A stretch of DNA of 64,000 nt from Bdellovibrionales bacterium (GCA_965203095.1 OZ241877.1:1408001-1472000); one strand, 5' to 3'. Counted from the first letter of the stretch, positions 38,111-50,650 are shown. Translations and numbers: made by a program. The notes: generated by a model not told the origin, from the letters alone.

Positions 38111-40576
38111 TCAAAGCAGTTTCCGGGAATCTGGCTTTTGATAAGGGTGAACAGCTGGTTTAGAAAAACCCGCTCTTTTAGGCCATGTTTTGTGTAGAGT
38201 TTTAAAAATTTTATCTGCTGAATCCATTTCCAAAGCCGACATTAAAACTTTATCCACTTGTTCCACAGGAAGAATTTGAATATCTTTTAAAACTTTTTGA
38301 GGAATATCTTTTAAATCTTTTTCGTTATCCTTAGGAATAAGAACAGTTTTAATTTTTGCCCGATGGGCCGCTAAAATCTTTTCCTTCAAACCTCCAATAG
38401 GTAAAACTCGGCCCCTTAAAGTGATCTCTCCGGTCATGGCCACATCGTTTCGCACCGGAATACGCAAAACAGCAGATACTAAACTGGTAATAATGGCCAC
38501 ACCAGCAGAGGGGCCATCTTTGGGAATAGCCCCTTCCGGCACATGAATGTGAAAATCATGACTTTTAAAATATTTGCTTTCCAAATGAAACAGAGGGGAA
38601 AGGGAGCGGACAAAACTCAAAGAAGCAGAACAAGATTCCTTCATGACATCCCCTAATTGGCCGGTCAAATTGTATTTTCCAGTCCCTGGAACAACTAAAG
38701 CCTCTACGGCTAAGGTGTCTCCGCCAGTTTCTGTCCAGGCCAAGCCATTGGAAAGGCCAATAAGGCTATCGCTTTCTAACTCAGTGAAACGGTATTTTTT
38801 TGGCCCCAGCATTTTTTCCAGCTGTTTTTTGTCAGTCAATTTTATAGTTTTTGATTGAGTGGTAGAAGACTCAGTTGCATTTTCCTTTTCTACAACAATT
38901 TTTTTGGCAAACTTGCGGAAAATTCTGGCCAAAGTTCGCTCCAACTGACGGACCCCAGCCTCTTTAGTCCAGTAAGCAATAATCTCTTTTAATATACTGT
39001 CTGGCAGTTCTAATTTATAATCTGTTAAACCATGTCTTTTTATTTGGCGAGGGATAAGATGCCTTTTGGCAATGTTTATTTTTTCCTCCTCAATATAGCC
39101 CTCGATAGGGATTTGCTCCATTCGATCCAACAAAGGCCCTTTTAAAGCTTGGGTAATATTGGCCGTGCAAATAAAAAGCACAGGGGAGAGATCATAATCT
39201 AACTCTAAATAATGATCCTGAAAAGTGTGATTTTGTTCCGGATCCAAAACCTCTAAAAGAGCAGAAGAAGGATCCCCTCTAAAAGAACCAAAGCCCATTT
39301 TATCCACTTCATCTAAAAGAATGACAGGATTTCCCTTTTTCACTTTTTTTAGAGCTTGAATGATTTTGCCGGGGAGCGAACCTACATAAGTTTTCCTGTG
39401 GCCCCTCAATTCCGCTTCATCTTGAATCCCTCCAAGAGAAATGCGAGCAAAAGGCCGATGGAGGGCACGGGCAATGGATTGAGCCAGGGAGGTTTTACCT
39501 ACACCCGGAGGGCCTACAAAACAAATTACTGGGCTTTTTGCATTTTTGCTGAGACGGCGGACAGCCAAATACTCTATAATCCGCTCCTTTACTTTTTTTA
39601 AGCCCCAGTGATCAGTCTCCAGTATCTTATGAGCCTCTTTTATACTGTTTTTCTCCTTAGCTAAGTCCCCCCAAGGCAGATCCAAAAGCCAATCCACATA
39701 ATTTCTTACCACAGTGGCCTCAGCACTCATTGGCGACATCATTTTTAGTTTTTGAATTTCCTTTTTAAACTTTTGATTCACCACCGCACTCCACTTCTTT
39801 TTAGCCCCCTTTGCAGACAGGCTTTTGATCTCAGTGTGAAAATCATCTTTATCCCCTAACTCCCTTTGAATGGCCTGAAGTTGCTCATTCAAGTAGTATT
39901 CTTTTTGAGAGCGTTCCATCTGCTCTTTAACTCGTGTGCGGATCTTTTTCTCCACTTTGAGAATTTGTATCTCTCTGGTAATGAGTTTTAAAACCTCTTT
40001 GAGCCGAGGGACAGGATCGATAATTTCCAAAATTTTTTGTTTATCTTCAAACCGTAAATTGAGCTGAGAGGCAATAACATCGGCCAACTCCCCACAGTCG
40101 TCAATAGTGGAGATTTTGGCCATAGCCTCTGAAGGGATATGCTTGTTGAGTTTTACATAATTTTCTACAGAAGTGTAGACAGTGCGTAAAAGGGCTTCTG
40201 ACTCCATACCCTCCTTTAGGGAAGATTCATCTAAAAGCTCTACTTCCACCATTAGACATTGGCTGGCCTCCACATATTTTTTTATGAGGACTCTTTGCTT
40301 CCCCTCCAAAATGGTTTTTACTGTCCCATCGGGAAGTCTCAAATGCTGGACAATAGAGGCTAAAGTCCCGATATCATAAATTTGATCGGGAGAGGGATCA
40401 TTAATTTTAGCCTCTCTTTGAGAAGCCAAAACAATATCTGTTTTGTTGGATATGGTTTCTTCCAAAGCGTTAATGCTTTTTTCCCTACCGATAAAAACAG
40501 GTATCATCATATAGGGGAAAATCACCAAATCCCGAAGAGGTAAAAGCGGTAGTGTTAATTTTGAAGTTTTATCCAT
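38111..40576 (-). CDS. lon: Lon protease
   Basis: [22 protein letters not shown]. Confidence 0.97.
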   Translation of the reverse strand: MDKTSKLTLPLLPLRDLVIFPYMMIPVFIGREKSINALEETISNKTDIVLASQREAKINDPSPDQIYDIGTLASIVQHLRLPDGTVKTILEGKQRVLIKKYVEASQCLMVEVELLDESSLKEGMESEALLRTVYTSVENYVKLNKHIPSEAMAKISTIDDCGELADVIASQLNLRFEDKQKILEIIDPVPRLKEVLKLITREIQILKVEKKIRTRVKEQMERSQKEYYLNEQLQAIQRELGDKDDFHTEIKSLSAKGAKKKWSAVVNQKFKKEIQKLKMMSPMSAEATVVRNYVDWLLDLPWGDLAKEKNSIKEAHKILETDHWGLKKVKERIIEYLAVRRLSKNAKSPVICFVGPPGVGKTSLAQSIARALHRPFARISLGGIQDEAELRGHRKTYVGSLPGKIIQALKKVKKGNPVILLDEVDKMGFGSFRGDPSSALLEVLDPEQNHTFQDHYLELDYDLSPVLFICTANITQALKGPLLDRMEQIPIEGYIEEEKINIAKRHLIPRQIKRHGLTDYKLELPDSILKEIIAYWTKEAGVRQLERTLARIFRKFAKKIVVEKENATESSTTQSKTIKLTDKKQLEKMLGPKKYRFTELESDSLIGLSNGLAWTETGGDTLAVEALVVPGTGKYNLTGQLGDVMKESCSASLSFVRSLSPLFHLESKYFKSHDFHIHVPEGAIPKDGPSAGVAIITSLVSAVLRIPVRNDVAMTGEITLRGRVLPIGGLKEKILAAHRAKIKTVLIPKDNEKDLKDIPQKVLKDIQILPVEQVDKVLMSALEMDSADKIFKTLHKTWPKRAGFSKPAVHPYQKPDSRKLL

Positions 40577-40814
40577 ATTATGTATTTTATAACCTTTAGG
40601 GAAACAGTTGTCAAATTTTTGAATTTATTTATTTATTTTTTGAGCTGGCTTTATGGTATTTTCTCAGTTTCATGATATTTAAGAGGCTTTTCTCAATATT
40701 TTGAGCTATTTTTCTTGTAAGGCCATCCTGAACAAGCTGGACTTTTGCTTATGCGATCTATCATAATGTAGACTTTTCCCAGTCGACTACATAGTAAATA
40801 AAGGTTTTTAGATA

Positions 40815-42248
40815 TTATCTCCTTGATAAAACACGAAAGGCTATGGGAATGCCGGACAAATCCCATTTTTTTTTCAAACTATTGATAATAAAACGGCGAT
40901 AAGAAGTGGTCACTCCTTGGGGATAATTAGCAAAAGCAATAAACTCCGGAGGTGCTTTAGAACTTTGGCTAACATAATAAAACTTGACATCACTTGTGCC
41001 ATAAACTGGGGCAGGGGCTTTTCTTATTGTCTTCATAAAAAAATCATTTAATTTGTGAGTAGAAATCCGAAAATAGATTTTTTTCTTAAGATTCTCAATC
41101 ATATAAAGCAATTTGTTTTTATTATAACCTGTTTTTGCACTCACAAACACTGTGGGCAGGTCAGGATAAAAATGAAACACTTTTTGAATTTCCTCTTGTT
41201 TTTTCTTTTTTTCCTCTACAGGTAAAGGCTTTAACAGATCCATTTTGTTTAAGACTAAAAGAACTGTTTTATGCTTGTCTAAACAGAGTTGGACTAAACG
41301 AGCTTCCCCTCGCCCCGGACTTAAATCCGCTGAGGCCACTAAAAGAACAATGTCTGCCTTTTCTAGTTCCGATCGGCTTTTGGCAAAAGATATTTTTTCT
41401 CTCTCTCTACGGTGACCCCTTCGGGAACCGGGATTGTCAGAGATAGAATACTCTTTTTTGTTGTAGGAAAAAAAATCCGTCACTGTATCCAAAGTGGTTC
41501 CCGGAAGAGAAGAGACAATCATTCTGTCTTTTTTTAAAATTTGATTGCAAAGCCGACTTTTCCCGCTGTTGGCTCGGCCGATTACAAAAAGCCTTGTGGG
41601 TTTATTTTGCAAAACAGGCTGGGGCTTATTCAAAAAATCCATCCGATCTGTGAGGGAAGAATCGTCCTCAGCTGATTTTTGTGAATTTTTTTGAGGTTCT
41701 GCCAAAACTCTCGGTTTTTTAAAAGAAGTGGGAACTGCTGGTTCTTTAGCCTTTGTTTTCTTTTTTTGAGAGATAATCCATTCTACAACATCGTCCACAC
41801 CGTAATTGTGTTCAAAAGAACCATGCAATAACTTATGATTTAAGCCAAAAAAATCAGCTGTTAAAATATCCGCCTGCCGGGGGTGGTCAATTTTATTGAC
41901 AAAAATAATAAAAGGCTTACTGGTTTCGCGAGCCATTTGAACAGCTTGAAAATCTCCAGGGTGCCGGCCGGTAGAACCATCCACAACAACAACAAATACA
42001 TCCGCCCAAAGAAGAGCTTGCTTTATTTTTTCCAAAACTTTAAAAGAGATTTCATCAAGAACAGGTTTTTCCATAAGCCCTCCAGAATCCATCACTTCAA
42101 ATTCATGTCCCCACCAGTTCACTTTTTCTTTTAAAAGATCTCTTGTAATTCCCGGCTCATTGATGACTAAAGATTTTTTCCTCCCAACCAAACGGTTGAA
42201 AAGAGATGACTTTCCCACATTAGCTCGTCCAAGGATAAGCACTTTCAT
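40815..42248 (-). CDS. der: Ribosome biogenesis GTPase Der
   Basis: Two GTPase domains (GRANVGKS, GRANSGKS) plus KH-like C-terminus. Confidence 0.92.
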   Translation of the reverse strand: MKVLILGRANVGKSSLFNRLVGRKKSLVINEPGITRDLLKEKVNWWGHEFEVMDSGGLMEKPVLDEISFKVLEKIKQALLWADVFVVVVDGSTGRHPGDFQAVQMARETSKPFIIFVNKIDHPRQADILTADFFGLNHKLLHGSFEHNYGVDDVVEWIISQKKKTKAKEPAVPTSFKKPRVLAEPQKNSQKSAEDDSSLTDRMDFLNKPQPVLQNKPTRLFVIGRANSGKSRLCNQILKKDRMIVSSLPGTTLDTVTDFFSYNKKEYSISDNPGSRRGHRREREKISFAKSRSELEKADIVLLVASADLSPGRGEARLVQLCLDKHKTVLLVLNKMDLLKPLPVEEKKKKQEEIQKVFHFYPDLPTVFVSAKTGYNKNKLLYMIENLKKKIYFRISTHKLNDFFMKTIRKAPAPVYGTSDVKFYYVSQSSKAPPEFIAFANYPQGVTTSYRRFIINSLKKKWDLSGIPIAFRVLSRR

Positions 42249-42267
42249 TTTTTTAACTCCTTAAATT

Positions 42268-42460
42268 TAGTCCCCCGTGAAAAACCTCTATAATTTACAA
42301 GGGACTCTTCAGTTTCTTTGCCTAAAGGCCCGTCCCATTTCGGGACGGCAATACCTTGGACCCTCATGTGACGGCCCTTTAGGCAAAAGTCATTGAAAAA
42401 CCTGTCCCTGTAAAAACAGGGAATGAGAGGGTCTTACTGAGGCCTTTTCACGAGGGATTA
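42268..42460. mobile_element. MITE-like element with hairpin core
   Basis: TIRs TAGTCCCCCGTGAAAA / TTTTCACGAGGGATTA; highly similar to 21850-22041. Confidence 0.8.
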
Positions 42461-42599
42461 TTTATCCCTAAAAGCAATTTATAGCATAAACTATTCCCAC
42501 TCAAGACATCAGCAAAAAAAGCCGAGAGCTTTTTAGTAAGAGTTTTTTCACAGGTGAGCAATTGTTGGCTTGAGAGTTTACTTGTTCATCATAAACCAG

Positions 42600-43109
42600 C
42601 TAACGGTTGATCCGGCGGGAACGGGATTGAATAGCACGAAGGCTTTTCTTTCTTTTATTTCGTTTTTTAAGCCTTAACCGGCGAATTTTTTGAAATTCTT
42701 TACTGGCTCTGTATTTTTCTCTCTCTTCTTTTGTGGGCTTAGGGACAAATTGATAATCTACAAATTCAATCAAAGCCTTTTGAGCTTGATCTCCTTTGCG
42801 ATAACCCAGTTTAACAATACGAGTGTATCCCCCAGGGCGATCCTTAAACCGCAAAGCCAAATCATTTATTATTTTGGCTACTGTTTTTTTGTCAGGGTAT
42901 TTTGCCAAAAGGGTCCGGCGAGCAGAGAGAGATCCTTTTCGCCCTAAAGTGACTGCTTTTTCCACCATCGGACGAAGGTTTTTGGCCTTAGGCAAAGTGG
43001 TTTTAATTCGTTCTTTTTCCACTAAAGAGCGAACTAAACCTCGAAAAAGGGCCTGGCGAGGGCCTGATTTTAAACCAAAAGAGCTGGTGTGTATTTTGCG
43101 GTGTCTCAT
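42600..43109 (-). CDS. rplQ: 50S ribosomal protein L17 with basic C-terminal extension
   Basis: MRHR, IKTTLPKAK, RPGGYTRI. Confidence 0.96.
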   Translation of the reverse strand: MRHRKIHTSSFGLKSGPRQALFRGLVRSLVEKERIKTTLPKAKNLRPMVEKAVTLGRKGSLSARRTLLAKYPDKKTVAKIINDLALRFKDRPGGYTRIVKLGYRKGDQAQKALIEFVDYQFVPKPTKEEREKYRASKEFQKIRRLRLKKRNKRKKSLRAIQSRSRRINR

Positions 43110-43127
43110 TATTCCTAAGAGGAAAAA

Positions 43128-44672
43128 TCAATTTTCCGAATCCTTTTTGGAGTCATCATTTGAATCTTTTGGAGAATCATCTCCTGAATCTTTTGGAGAA
43201 TCATCTCCTGAATCTTTTTGGGAGTCATCTCCTGAATCTTTTTGGGAGTCATCTCCTGAATCTTTTGGAGAATCATCTCCTGAATCTTTTGGAGAATCAT
43301 CTCCTGAATCTTTTGGAGAATCATCTCCTGAATCTTTTGGAGAATCATCTGAATCCCTTGAAGGATCTTCTGCCGAAGATTCCTTCACATCATCACGAGG
43401 GGCCTCTTGATTTTCCTTTTGAGCCTTTTCTTCTTCAGGCGAAGTGGTGGATGGTGAAGACGACTCTTCATTCAAAATTGAGGATTTTGGATCAAAAGAG
43501 GCCGTCACCTCATCAGGAAAGTGTTTAACAGAAGTGTCCTCAGAGTCATCAAAATCGTTATCAGACTCACTTGCAGGGGCAGGTGGTTTATCAGAGGCTT
43601 TAACATCTTCTCTACGAGGGCTTTTTCCCTCTCCCTCTATTGAAGACTGAAACTCTTTTCTATAAAGGTCTTTAGGTGGCCAGCCCTCTACTTCCATACC
43701 CAAACTCAAACCCATAGTTTTTAAAATCCCTTTAATTTCATTTAGCGATTTTTTACCAAAGTTTTTTGTCCGCAACATTTCTTGCTCTGTTTTTGTGACC
43801 AGATCTCCTATATAGCGGATCCTTGCATTTTTTAAACAGTTGGCACTACGGACAGAAAGCTCTAAATCATCTGCTGGACGGAAAAGATTTTCATCAAAAA
43901 TCTCGCTTTCTTCATCTTGATCATCTTTTACAGGCTCAATATTTTCATCAAAATTCATGAAAACTTCCAACTGTTCTTTTAAAATTTTATAACCTAAAGG
44001 AACAGCCTCCTCAGGTTTTAAAGAAGCATCTGTCCAAACTTCTAAAACTAAAGAATCATAATCTGTCCTCTGGCCAATACTGGCACTGTTGACCGTATAA
44101 TTTACACGGCGAATAGGACTATGGACAGAATCTATAGGAATAAAACCTGCGGGGAGATTTTTTGCCCTCTGCTCGGCCTCCACATAACCTCTGTCAAAAG
44201 AGACTATCATTTCTGCCTCTAACTGGGCTTCATGGTTTAAAGTGGCGATATGGGCTGAAGGGTTTAAAATCTCAATCCCATCGGGGAGTTGAATGTCACT
44301 GGCTCTCACTTCACCAGGACCTTTTTTTAAAATACTAAGATTTTTATTGTTTTCATCACTTTGGCGGAAACATACAGCCTTTAGATTTAAGATAATATCT
44401 GTCACATCCTCTAAAACACCCTCAATACTTGTGAACTCATGAAGCACACCTTTAAAACGAATAGCACTGATAGCAGAGCCCATCATAGAGCTTAAAAGGA
44501 CTCTTCTGATAGAATTCCCCAAAGTGAGGCCAAAGCCCCTTTCTAAAGGACGAACATAAAATTTACCGTAAGTGCTGGTTAAAGAATCTTTATCCACCTC
44601 AAAGCCTTTCGGGCGAATGAGATCTTTCCAGTATTTATAATAATGTTTTGGTAATTCTATTTTGTTTTCCAT
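43128..44672 (-). CDS. rpoA: RNA polymerase alpha subunit with ~180-aa acidic extension
   Basis: [42 protein letters not shown]. Confidence 0.96.
   Translation of the reverse strand: MENKIELPKHYYKYWKDLIRPKGFEVDKDSLTSTYGKFYVRPLERGFGLTLGNSIRRVLLSSMMGSAISAIRFKGVLHEFTSIEGVLEDVTDIILNLKAVCFRQSDENNKNLSILKKGPGEVRASDIQLPDGIEILNPSAHIATLNHEAQLEAEMIVSFDRGYVEAEQRAKNLPAGFIPIDSVHSPIRRVNYTVNSASIGQRTDYDSLVLEVWTDASLKPEEAVPLGYKILKEQLEVFMNFDENIEPVKDDQDEESEIFDENLFRPADDLELSVRSANCLKNARIRYIGDLVTKTEQEMLRTKNFGKKSLNEIKGILKTMGLSLGMEVEGWPPKDLYRKEFQSSIEGEGKSPRREDVKASDKPPAPASESDNDFDDSEDTSVKHFPDEVTASFDPKSSILNEESSSPSTTSPEEEKAQKENQEAPRDDVKESSAEDPSRDSDDSPKDSGDDSPKDSGDDSPKDSGDDSPKDSGDDSQKDSGDDSQKDSGDDSPKDSGDDSPKDSNDDSKKDSEN
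43140..43356 (-). repeat. 24-nt tandem repeat (DDSPKDSG), about 8-9 units, in rpoA
   Basis: GGAGAATCATCTCCTGAATCTTTT repeated. Confidence 0.9.
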
Positions 44673-44703
44673 ATTGATTTTCCCTTTTTATGAGTAGTTT
44701 GAG

Positions 44704-45102
44704 TTAAACCCGCCTTTTCTTTGGAGGACGACAACCATTATGGGGCAAAGGGGTAATGTCTTTAAGTAAAGTCACCTTTAAACCGACATGGGAGATGGCC
44801 CGAACAGCTATTTCCCGACCGGCCCCCGGCCCTTTGATAAAAACCTCTACATTTTTCACCCCCTGCTCTTTAGCTTTTTTAGCGGCATCCTCTGCAACCG
44901 ATTGTGCCACAAAGGGAGTTCCCTTCCGGCTCCCTTTAAACCCCAATAAACCAGAAGAGGACCAACAAAGAGTATTCCCCGCCGGATCCGTAAAAGACAC
45001 CATAGTGTTCCCAAAGCCGGAGTTAATGTAACAGTGCCCAGAGGGAACATTTTTTTTTGCTTTTTTTTTGAGTTTTTTTTTCTTTTTCTTTTCTTCAGCC
45101 AT
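44704..45102 (-). CDS. rpsK: 30S ribosomal protein S11
   Basis: [23 protein letters not shown]. Confidence 0.97.
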   Translation of the reverse strand: MAEEKKKKKKLKKKAKKNVPSGHCYINSGFGNTMVSFTDPAGNTLCWSSSGLLGFKGSRKGTPFVAQSVAEDAAKKAKEQGVKNVEVFIKGPGAGREIAVRAISHVGLKVTLLKDITPLPHNGCRPPKKRRV

Positions 45103-45125
45103 TTTTAACCTGTCCTCATTAAAAA

Positions 45126-45500
45126 TTAAACCGCTTTCTTTTTATTGGCCACAGTTTTTCGAGGGCCTTTTCGAGTTCTGGCGTTTTGACGAGAGCTTTG
45201 CCCTCTAACAGGAAGCCCTTTCCGGTGGCGGATCCCCCTCCAACAGGACAGATCCATCAACCGTTTGATGGCCATAGCCTTTTCCCTGCGTTTGTCGCCT
45301 TCCACTTTATAATTTTTTTCAATAATGGAGCGAAGGCTGACCACATCATCGTCCTTCAATTCACGAACTCTGAGAGAATCTTTAAACCCTGCACTTTTAC
45401 AAATCTGCCGGGCTGTTTGAGGCCCTAAGCCATAAATTTTCGTTAAGGCAACGACAAGCCTTTTGTCCTTTGGTAAATCCACTCCAGCCACACGAGCCAT
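45126..45500 (-). CDS. rpsM: 30S ribosomal protein S13
   Basis: [21 protein letters not shown]. Confidence 0.97.
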   Translation of the reverse strand: MARVAGVDLPKDKRLVVALTKIYGLGPQTARQICKSAGFKDSLRVRELKDDDVVSLRSIIEKNYKVEGDKRREKAMAIKRLMDLSCWRGIRHRKGLPVRGQSSRQNARTRKGPRKTVANKKKAV

Positions 45501-45503
45501 AAT

Positions 45504-45617
45504 TTAACCCTGCCTTTGCTTGTGTTTAGGGTTTTTACAAATCACCCTCAAAGCCCCTTTTCTCTGAATGACACGGCAATCCTTGCAAATTTTTTTTACA
45601 GAAGCCCTTACCTTCAT
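45504..45617 (-). CDS. rpmJ: 50S ribosomal protein L36
   Basis: Hand translation [37 protein letters not shown] (below the ORF-track length cutoff). Confidence 0.97.
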   Translation of the reverse strand: MKVRASVKKICKDCRVIQRKGALRVICKNPKHKQRQG

Positions 45618-45687
45618 AATTCCGCCTTAAAGGTTGGAAACTTAACACCATTTGAAGGGCAAGTCTATAGTATTTTTAAAATTTATT

Positions 45688-46383
45688 TTAATTTTTTTTA
45701 TTCTTTCCTGGATTCTTGCTTTCGCGGGAACGACTGAGCTTTTGGGCAAGATGGCTCAAAATATGGCTAAAAACCTCATTTTCAGGCCGTCCGGCAGGAA
45801 TCACTTTTAAAAGATTTCTGTTTTTGTAATGTTCTAAAAGAGGTTGAACGGTCTTATAAAAGACCTTTAAGCGAGCACGCAAAATCTCTTCTTTGTCATC
45901 CGATCGGGCAATTAAGGCTTCACCAGACTTATCACAAACCCCCGCCTTTTTTGGGGGCCGGCTTTTGATATGATAGACTAAACCACTTTGAGGAGCAAAG
46001 CGACGGCCGGAAAGCCTCTCCACAACCTGATCTTCGGGGATTTCCAAAAAAAACACTTTGTCTAAAAGCCAATGCTTTGGCTGTAATATCTTACTTAAGG
46101 CCTCCGCTTGAGATATATTCCTGGGGTATCCATCAAACACAAAGCCTTTTCCCGGCAAGGCATTTTGTAAAAAAGCCTCAACCATTTCATTAGTAATGGC
46201 ATCGGGAACTAACTGGCCTTTGTCGATATACAGTTGAGCTTGCTGGCCCAGGGGGCTTTTTTCTTTTAAATTTTGCCGAAACAGATGGCCTGTGCTCAAG
46301 TGCTGAAGGCCCTTTTCCTCCACTAACTTTTCCGCTTGGGTCCCTTTGCCAGAACCTGGAGCACCAATTAAAAGAATATTCAT
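45688..46383 (-). CDS. adk: Adenylate kinase
   Basis: GAPGSGKGTQA, DGYPR, LID domain. Confidence 0.96.
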   Translation of the reverse strand: MNILLIGAPGSGKGTQAEKLVEEKGLQHLSTGHLFRQNLKEKSPLGQQAQLYIDKGQLVPDAITNEMVEAFLQNALPGKGFVFDGYPRNISQAEALSKILQPKHWLLDKVFFLEIPEDQVVERLSGRRFAPQSGLVYHIKSRPPKKAGVCDKSGEALIARSDDKEEILRARLKVFYKTVQPLLEHYKNRNLLKVIPAGRPENEVFSHILSHLAQKLSRSRESKNPGKNKKN

Positions 46384-47696
46384 TAAAAACGAACCCGCCG
46401 GCTTTTAATGCGAACACCTTTAACCATGCCCTCATAGCGAGCCGTCAAAAGATGAGACTGTATTTGCTGGGCCGTGTCCAAAGCCACACCAACCAAAATG
46501 AGCAAACTGGTCCCACCAAAATAAAAAGGGACTTTAAACTGATCAATCAAAAGATTGGGCATGACACACACAGCAGAAAGGTAAATCGCACCGGCCACAG
46601 TCAGACGATCCAAAATCTTTTTTACATACTCTGAAGTGGATGGCCCGGCCCGGATACCGGGGATAAAGCCCCCATGTTTTTTTAAATTGTCAGCCATTTC
46701 ATTGGGGTTAAATACGGCCTCCGTGTAAAAAAAGCAGAGAAAGATAATCAACACAACAAATAAAATGTTAAAAAGGGATCCTGTGAGCGAAAAGGACTCC
46801 TGAAGCTTTTGTGCCCATTCCGCTTGTGTGAATTGGGCGATTGTTGAGGGGAACAACAGCAAACTGGAGGCAAAAATAGGGGGGATCACACCTGCAAAAT
46901 TGAGTTTTAGGGGGAGATGGCTCATCTGGGCAGAAGGCTGTTTATTGCCTAAAGCCCTTTGGGAATATTGAACGGGAATTCGCCTTTGGCCTGTTTCTAA
47001 AAAAATAATCACCCCCACCATGAGAATCATAAATAAAACCAAGGCGATGGAAAACCCACCACTCATTTCCCCTTTTTGAACAATAGACCATAAGTTGGCA
47101 GTTCCTTGGGGAATACCTGCCGCAATACCTGCAAAAATCAAAAGGCTGGCCCCATTGCCAACGCCTTTCTCATTGATTTGCTCCCCAAGCCACATGAGCA
47201 GGCAACTTCCTGCTGTTAAAGTCATAATGGTAAAAAGCTGAAAAGGGATAAAACCAAAGTGGGTGATGGCAATAATGGATTCACTTCCGAAAAAACCACG
47301 AGAGAGGCCATAAGCTTGAAATATAGCCAGCAGGACTGTTGCGTAGCGGGTGTATTGGTTGATCTTTTTTCTCCCCGATTCTCCTTCTTTTTTTAACTGC
47401 TCAAGGTAGGGGACTCCCGTTTGCAAGAGCTGGAAAATAATGGATGCAGTGATATAGGGGATAATGCCTAAAGCCAAAATGCTAAACTGCTCCAAAGCTC
47501 CGCCGGTAAAGGTATTTAAGAGGCCAAAAACCCCTCCGCCCCTTTGGGCAAAAGCCTCCATAACGGCCTCCCGATCCACTCCGGGAGTGGGAATTTGTGC
47601 ACCCACACGGTAAATTACCAAAACTCCTATAGTGAACAGGATTTTGTTTTTTAGCTCTTTCGGAAAAGAAAAATTGGAGGGAAGTCGTGGTTCCAT
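46383..47696 (-). CDS. secY: Preprotein translocase SecY
   Basis: SILALGIIPYITASII, FIPGIRAG, FGGTSLLI. Confidence 0.97.
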   Translation of the reverse strand: MEPRLPSNFSFPKELKNKILFTIGVLVIYRVGAQIPTPGVDREAVMEAFAQRGGGVFGLLNTFTGGALEQFSILALGIIPYITASIIFQLLQTGVPYLEQLKKEGESGRKKINQYTRYATVLLAIFQAYGLSRGFFGSESIIAITHFGFIPFQLFTIMTLTAGSCLLMWLGEQINEKGVGNGASLLIFAGIAAGIPQGTANLWSIVQKGEMSGGFSIALVLFMILMVGVIIFLETGQRRIPVQYSQRALGNKQPSAQMSHLPLKLNFAGVIPPIFASSLLLFPSTIAQFTQAEWAQKLQESFSLTGSLFNILFVVLIIFLCFFYTEAVFNPNEMADNLKKHGGFIPGIRAGPSTSEYVKKILDRLTVAGAIYLSAVCVMPNLLIDQFKVPFYFGGTSLLILVGVALDTAQQIQSHLLTARYEGMVKGVRIKSRRVRF

Positions 47697-47707
47697 AATT
47701 TTTTACA

Positions 47708-48154
47708 CTATTTTTTCTGCAAAGTGATAGCTTGACCACCTGCTTTTTGGATCTGTTCTTTGGCTTTTTGGCTAAACTTATGTGCCCGGATCTGAAGAGG
47801 CTTAGTAATTTTCCCTTTAGCTAAAATTTTGATTTTTTTGTTTTCCCTCACATAGCCTTTTTGCACTAAAACTTCTGGAGTCACTTCCCCCTCCATTGAG
47901 TTGAGCTGAGCTAAGTTTATAATTTCATACTCTTTTTTAAAGGGAGCATTGGTCCAACCCATCTTAGGGAGCCGTCGCGATAAAGGCATAGCCCCTCCCT
48001 CAAAACCAGCTGGCAAGTTCCCGCTCTTTCTGGCTCTCTGGCCTTTATGACCTCTTCCCGAAGTCCCACCTTTGCCAGAACCTTTTCCCCGTCCCACTCG
48101 CTTTTTCTGTTTTTTAGATCCTGGATAAAAACTCAATTCCGAAAGCAAACTCAT
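47708..48154 (-). CDS. rplO: 50S ribosomal protein L15
   Basis: [20 protein letters not shown]. Confidence 0.96.
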   Translation of the reverse strand: MSLLSELSFYPGSKKQKKRVGRGKGSGKGGTSGRGHKGQRARKSGNLPAGFEGGAMPLSRRLPKMGWTNAPFKKEYEIINLAQLNSMEGEVTPEVLVQKGYVRENKKIKILAKGKITKPLQIRAHKFSQKAKEQIQKAGGQAITLQKK

Positions 48155-48651
48155 GTTTCCTCTTTTTTGTTAGGTTGAGCCTCTTCCTCAGAATTTTTAT
48201 CAGGAAGAGCTGACAGTTGAGAAAGACCAGCAAAAGCCGCCTTGACCACATTGTGAGGATTGCGACTCCCCACCCTTTTAGACAAAATATCCTTCACACC
48301 CAAACACTCTAAAACAGCTCTCACCGGGCCTCCGGCAATCAGTCCAGTTCCCGGTCCTGCTGGTTTTAAAATCACTTTTGCCGCCCCAAAAACGCCCGTC
48401 ACCTGATGAGGAATAGTCCGGCCATCCAATAAATTATAACAAGATAAAGCCTTTTTAGCCGACCGGCTGGCTTTGCCAATGGATTCAGGAACTTCCCCAG
48501 CTTTACCCATCCCTACGCCGGCCTTGCCCTTCCCATCTCCTGCCACAACTAAGGCGGAAAAGGAAAAGTGACGGCCCCCTTTAACCACTTTAGTCACGCG
48601 GTTAATGGCCACCACTCGTTCATTCAATTCTTGTTCATATTGATCCTTCAT
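48151..48651 (-). CDS. rpsE: 30S ribosomal protein S5
   Basis: [12 protein letters not shown]. Confidence 0.97.
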   Translation of the reverse strand: MKDQYEQELNERVVAINRVTKVVKGGRHFSFSALVVAGDGKGKAGVGMGKAGEVPESIGKASRSAKKALSCYNLLDGRTIPHQVTGVFGAAKVILKPAGPGTGLIAGGPVRAVLECLGVKDILSKRVGSRNPHNVVKAAFAGLSQLSALPDKNSEEEAQPNKKEET

Positions 48652-48686
48652 GTTTTTCCTTTCGTAAATTTTTTTACAGTTTGCCC

Positions 48687-49061
48687 TTAAAATTTAAGGC
48701 CAGCAGATCGTGCTCCCTCTGCCAGGGCCTTTACCCGCCCATGATAAATAAAACCTCCACGGTCAAAAACCACTTGAGTTATTTTTTTATCTAAAGCTTT
48801 TTTTGCCAAAACTTGACCTGTTTTTTTTGCCTGATCCATCGGAGACTTCTTCTTCCCCTTTAAACTTAAAGAGGAGGAAGAACAAAGAGTAATTTCCTTT
48901 GTGTCATCAATAATTTGCCCGTAAATATGTTTTCCACTTCGGAACACATTGAGGCGAGGGGCTGAAGGGGTTCCAAAAACCTTTTTCCTCACCCGTGCTT
49001 TATTTCTCAAACGTTTTTGAATTTTTAAAGCCTGCTTTTTTTTAAATTGGATCCGTATCAT
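48687..49061 (-). CDS. rplR: 50S ribosomal protein L18
   Basis: [21 protein letters not shown]. Confidence 0.96.
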   Translation of the reverse strand: MIRIQFKKKQALKIQKRLRNKARVRKKVFGTPSAPRLNVFRSGKHIYGQIIDDTKEITLCSSSSLSLKGKKKSPMDQAKKTGQVLAKKALDKKITQVVFDRGGFIYHGRVKALAEGARSAGLKF

Positions 49062-49612
49062 TTCTTTTTATCTCCTCCACCAGATTTTCCGGCCTTCCGG
49101 CGAACCCGCTCATCAGAATAACGAACCCCTTTAGCCAAATAAGGCTCAACGGGCCTGTAGCTTCTTATCTGATGAGCCGTTAGGCCCACAAGCTCTTTAT
49201 CCACTCCATGGATATGGAGTCGAGTTTGCTTTTCCACTTTAATTTCAATCCCCTGAGGAATGTTATAGACTATGGGATGAGAAAAGCCAAGATTTAACTC
49301 TAACTTAGTGCCGGATAAACTGGCTTTATAACCCACACCGTTTAACTCTAAAGACTTTTTCCAACCTTTAGAAAGCCCTGTGACCGCATTTTGGATTAAA
49401 GCTCTACTCAAACCGTGAAGAGAGCGAGTCCTCCTATCCTCTTGAGAACGAACAATAAAAGCTGTGCCTCCTTCCTGCTTTAACTTCAAATTTTGTGGCA
49501 AAGGGATTTTAAGAGATTTCCCGTTCCCTTGAATGAGGACTTGCTGGTCTCCTTCCATACTCAACTGGATTCCCTTTTCTATTTTAATGGCCTGATTCCC
49601 TATTCTGGACAT
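49058..49612 (-). CDS. rplF: 50S ribosomal protein L6
   Basis: MSRIG, GVGYKA, LGFSHP. Confidence 0.96.
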   Translation of the reverse strand: MSRIGNQAIKIEKGIQLSMEGDQQVLIQGNGKSLKIPLPQNLKLKQEGGTAFIVRSQEDRRTRSLHGLSRALIQNAVTGLSKGWKKSLELNGVGYKASLSGTKLELNLGFSHPIVYNIPQGIEIKVEKQTRLHIHGVDKELVGLTAHQIRSYRPVEPYLAKGVRYSDERVRRKAGKSGGGDKKK

Positions 49613-49705
49613 AGTTCCCTCTGTAAAAAATGTTTTATTGACGAACTTCCCATTGCATTTTTAAGTTCTCTCCAAAAAGATCCTATTTGTAAAAATTTAA
49701 AAAAA

Positions 49706-50095
49706 TCACCAAACCTCACACAAAAGCTCTCCACCTACTTTTTTCTTCCGGGCTTCTCTCCCGCTCAAAATTCCCTGATGAGTGCTCAAGATAGTCAAGC
49801 CATAGCCAGAGCGAACATCTTGAATATCCTTAGCTTTAACATAGCATCGGAGAGAGGGCCGGCTGAGCCTTCGGATGGACTTAATGGCTGAGACTTGCTT
49901 TTCATCATATTTCAAATAAACCCTCATTGTCCCCTGTTTGCCATCCTCCACAAAGCTATAACCACGAATATAACCATATTGCTTAAGCTTGCCAGCAATA
50001 TTTTTCCTGATATTTGAGCTGGGAATATCCACTTTTTGTTTGCCAGCAGAAATACCGTTTCTAATACAGGTTAAAAAATCTCCAATACTATCCAT
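49706..50095 (-). CDS. rpsH: 30S ribosomal protein S8
   Basis: DSIGDFLTCIRN, SRPSLR, GGELLCEVW. Confidence 0.96.
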   Translation of the reverse strand: MDSIGDFLTCIRNGISAGKQKVDIPSSNIRKNIAGKLKQYGYIRGYSFVEDGKQGTMRVYLKYDEKQVSAIKSIRRLSRPSLRCYVKAKDIQDVRSGYGLTILSTHQGILSGREARKKKVGGELLCEVW

Positions 50096-50110
50096 AAAAA
50101 TCCCCCTCCT

Positions 50111-50650
50111 TCATCCTCTAAAAGGAAAAGTTAAAAAAGAAAGCAAATCTTTGGCCGGCTCGTCCGTAGTGGCCGAAGTGTTGATGGAAATATTCATCCC
50201 ACGGATGGACTCCACTTTGTCGTAATTGATTTCTGGAAACACGATATGCTCCTTCAAGCCCATATTGTAATTGCCTCGCCCATCAAAACCCTTAGGGGAA
50301 AGCCCCCTAAAATCACGAACCTTAGGCAAAGCAAAGTGAGTTAAACGATCAAAAAAAGACCACATAAGAGCCCTTCTTAAAGTCACCATCGCACCAATAG
50401 GCATCCCCTCCCGCAATTTAAAATTGGAGATGGCTTTTTTAGCCTTTGTGATTACAGCTTTTTGCCCGGCAATCAAACTTAAGTCTTCTTGAACTGCATT
50501 TAAAATTTTAGGATTTTTTACCGCCTGGCTAACACACATACTTAAAACAATTTTTGTGATTTTAGGGATCTGCATATCACTTTTGTATTTCCATTTCTCC
50601 TTCAACTGGGAACGGGCCTTTTTTTCATAAAGATCTCTTGAGATAGACAT
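50111..50650 (-). CDS. rplE: 50S ribosomal protein L5
   Basis: [23 protein letters not shown]. Confidence 0.97.
   Translation of the reverse strand: MSISRDLYEKKARSQLKEKWKYKSDMQIPKITKIVLSMCVSQAVKNPKILNAVQEDLSLIAGQKAVITKAKKAISNFKLREGMPIGAMVTLRRALMWSFFDRLTHFALPKVRDFRGLSPKGFDGRGNYNMGLKEHIVFPEINYDKVESIRGMNISINTSATTDEPAKDLLSFLTFPFRG

Noticed and set aside
43140..43356. Regular short repeats resembling a CRISPR array
   Set aside because: No unique spacers; they are in-frame 24-nt coding repeats within rpoA, and no cas genes are present.
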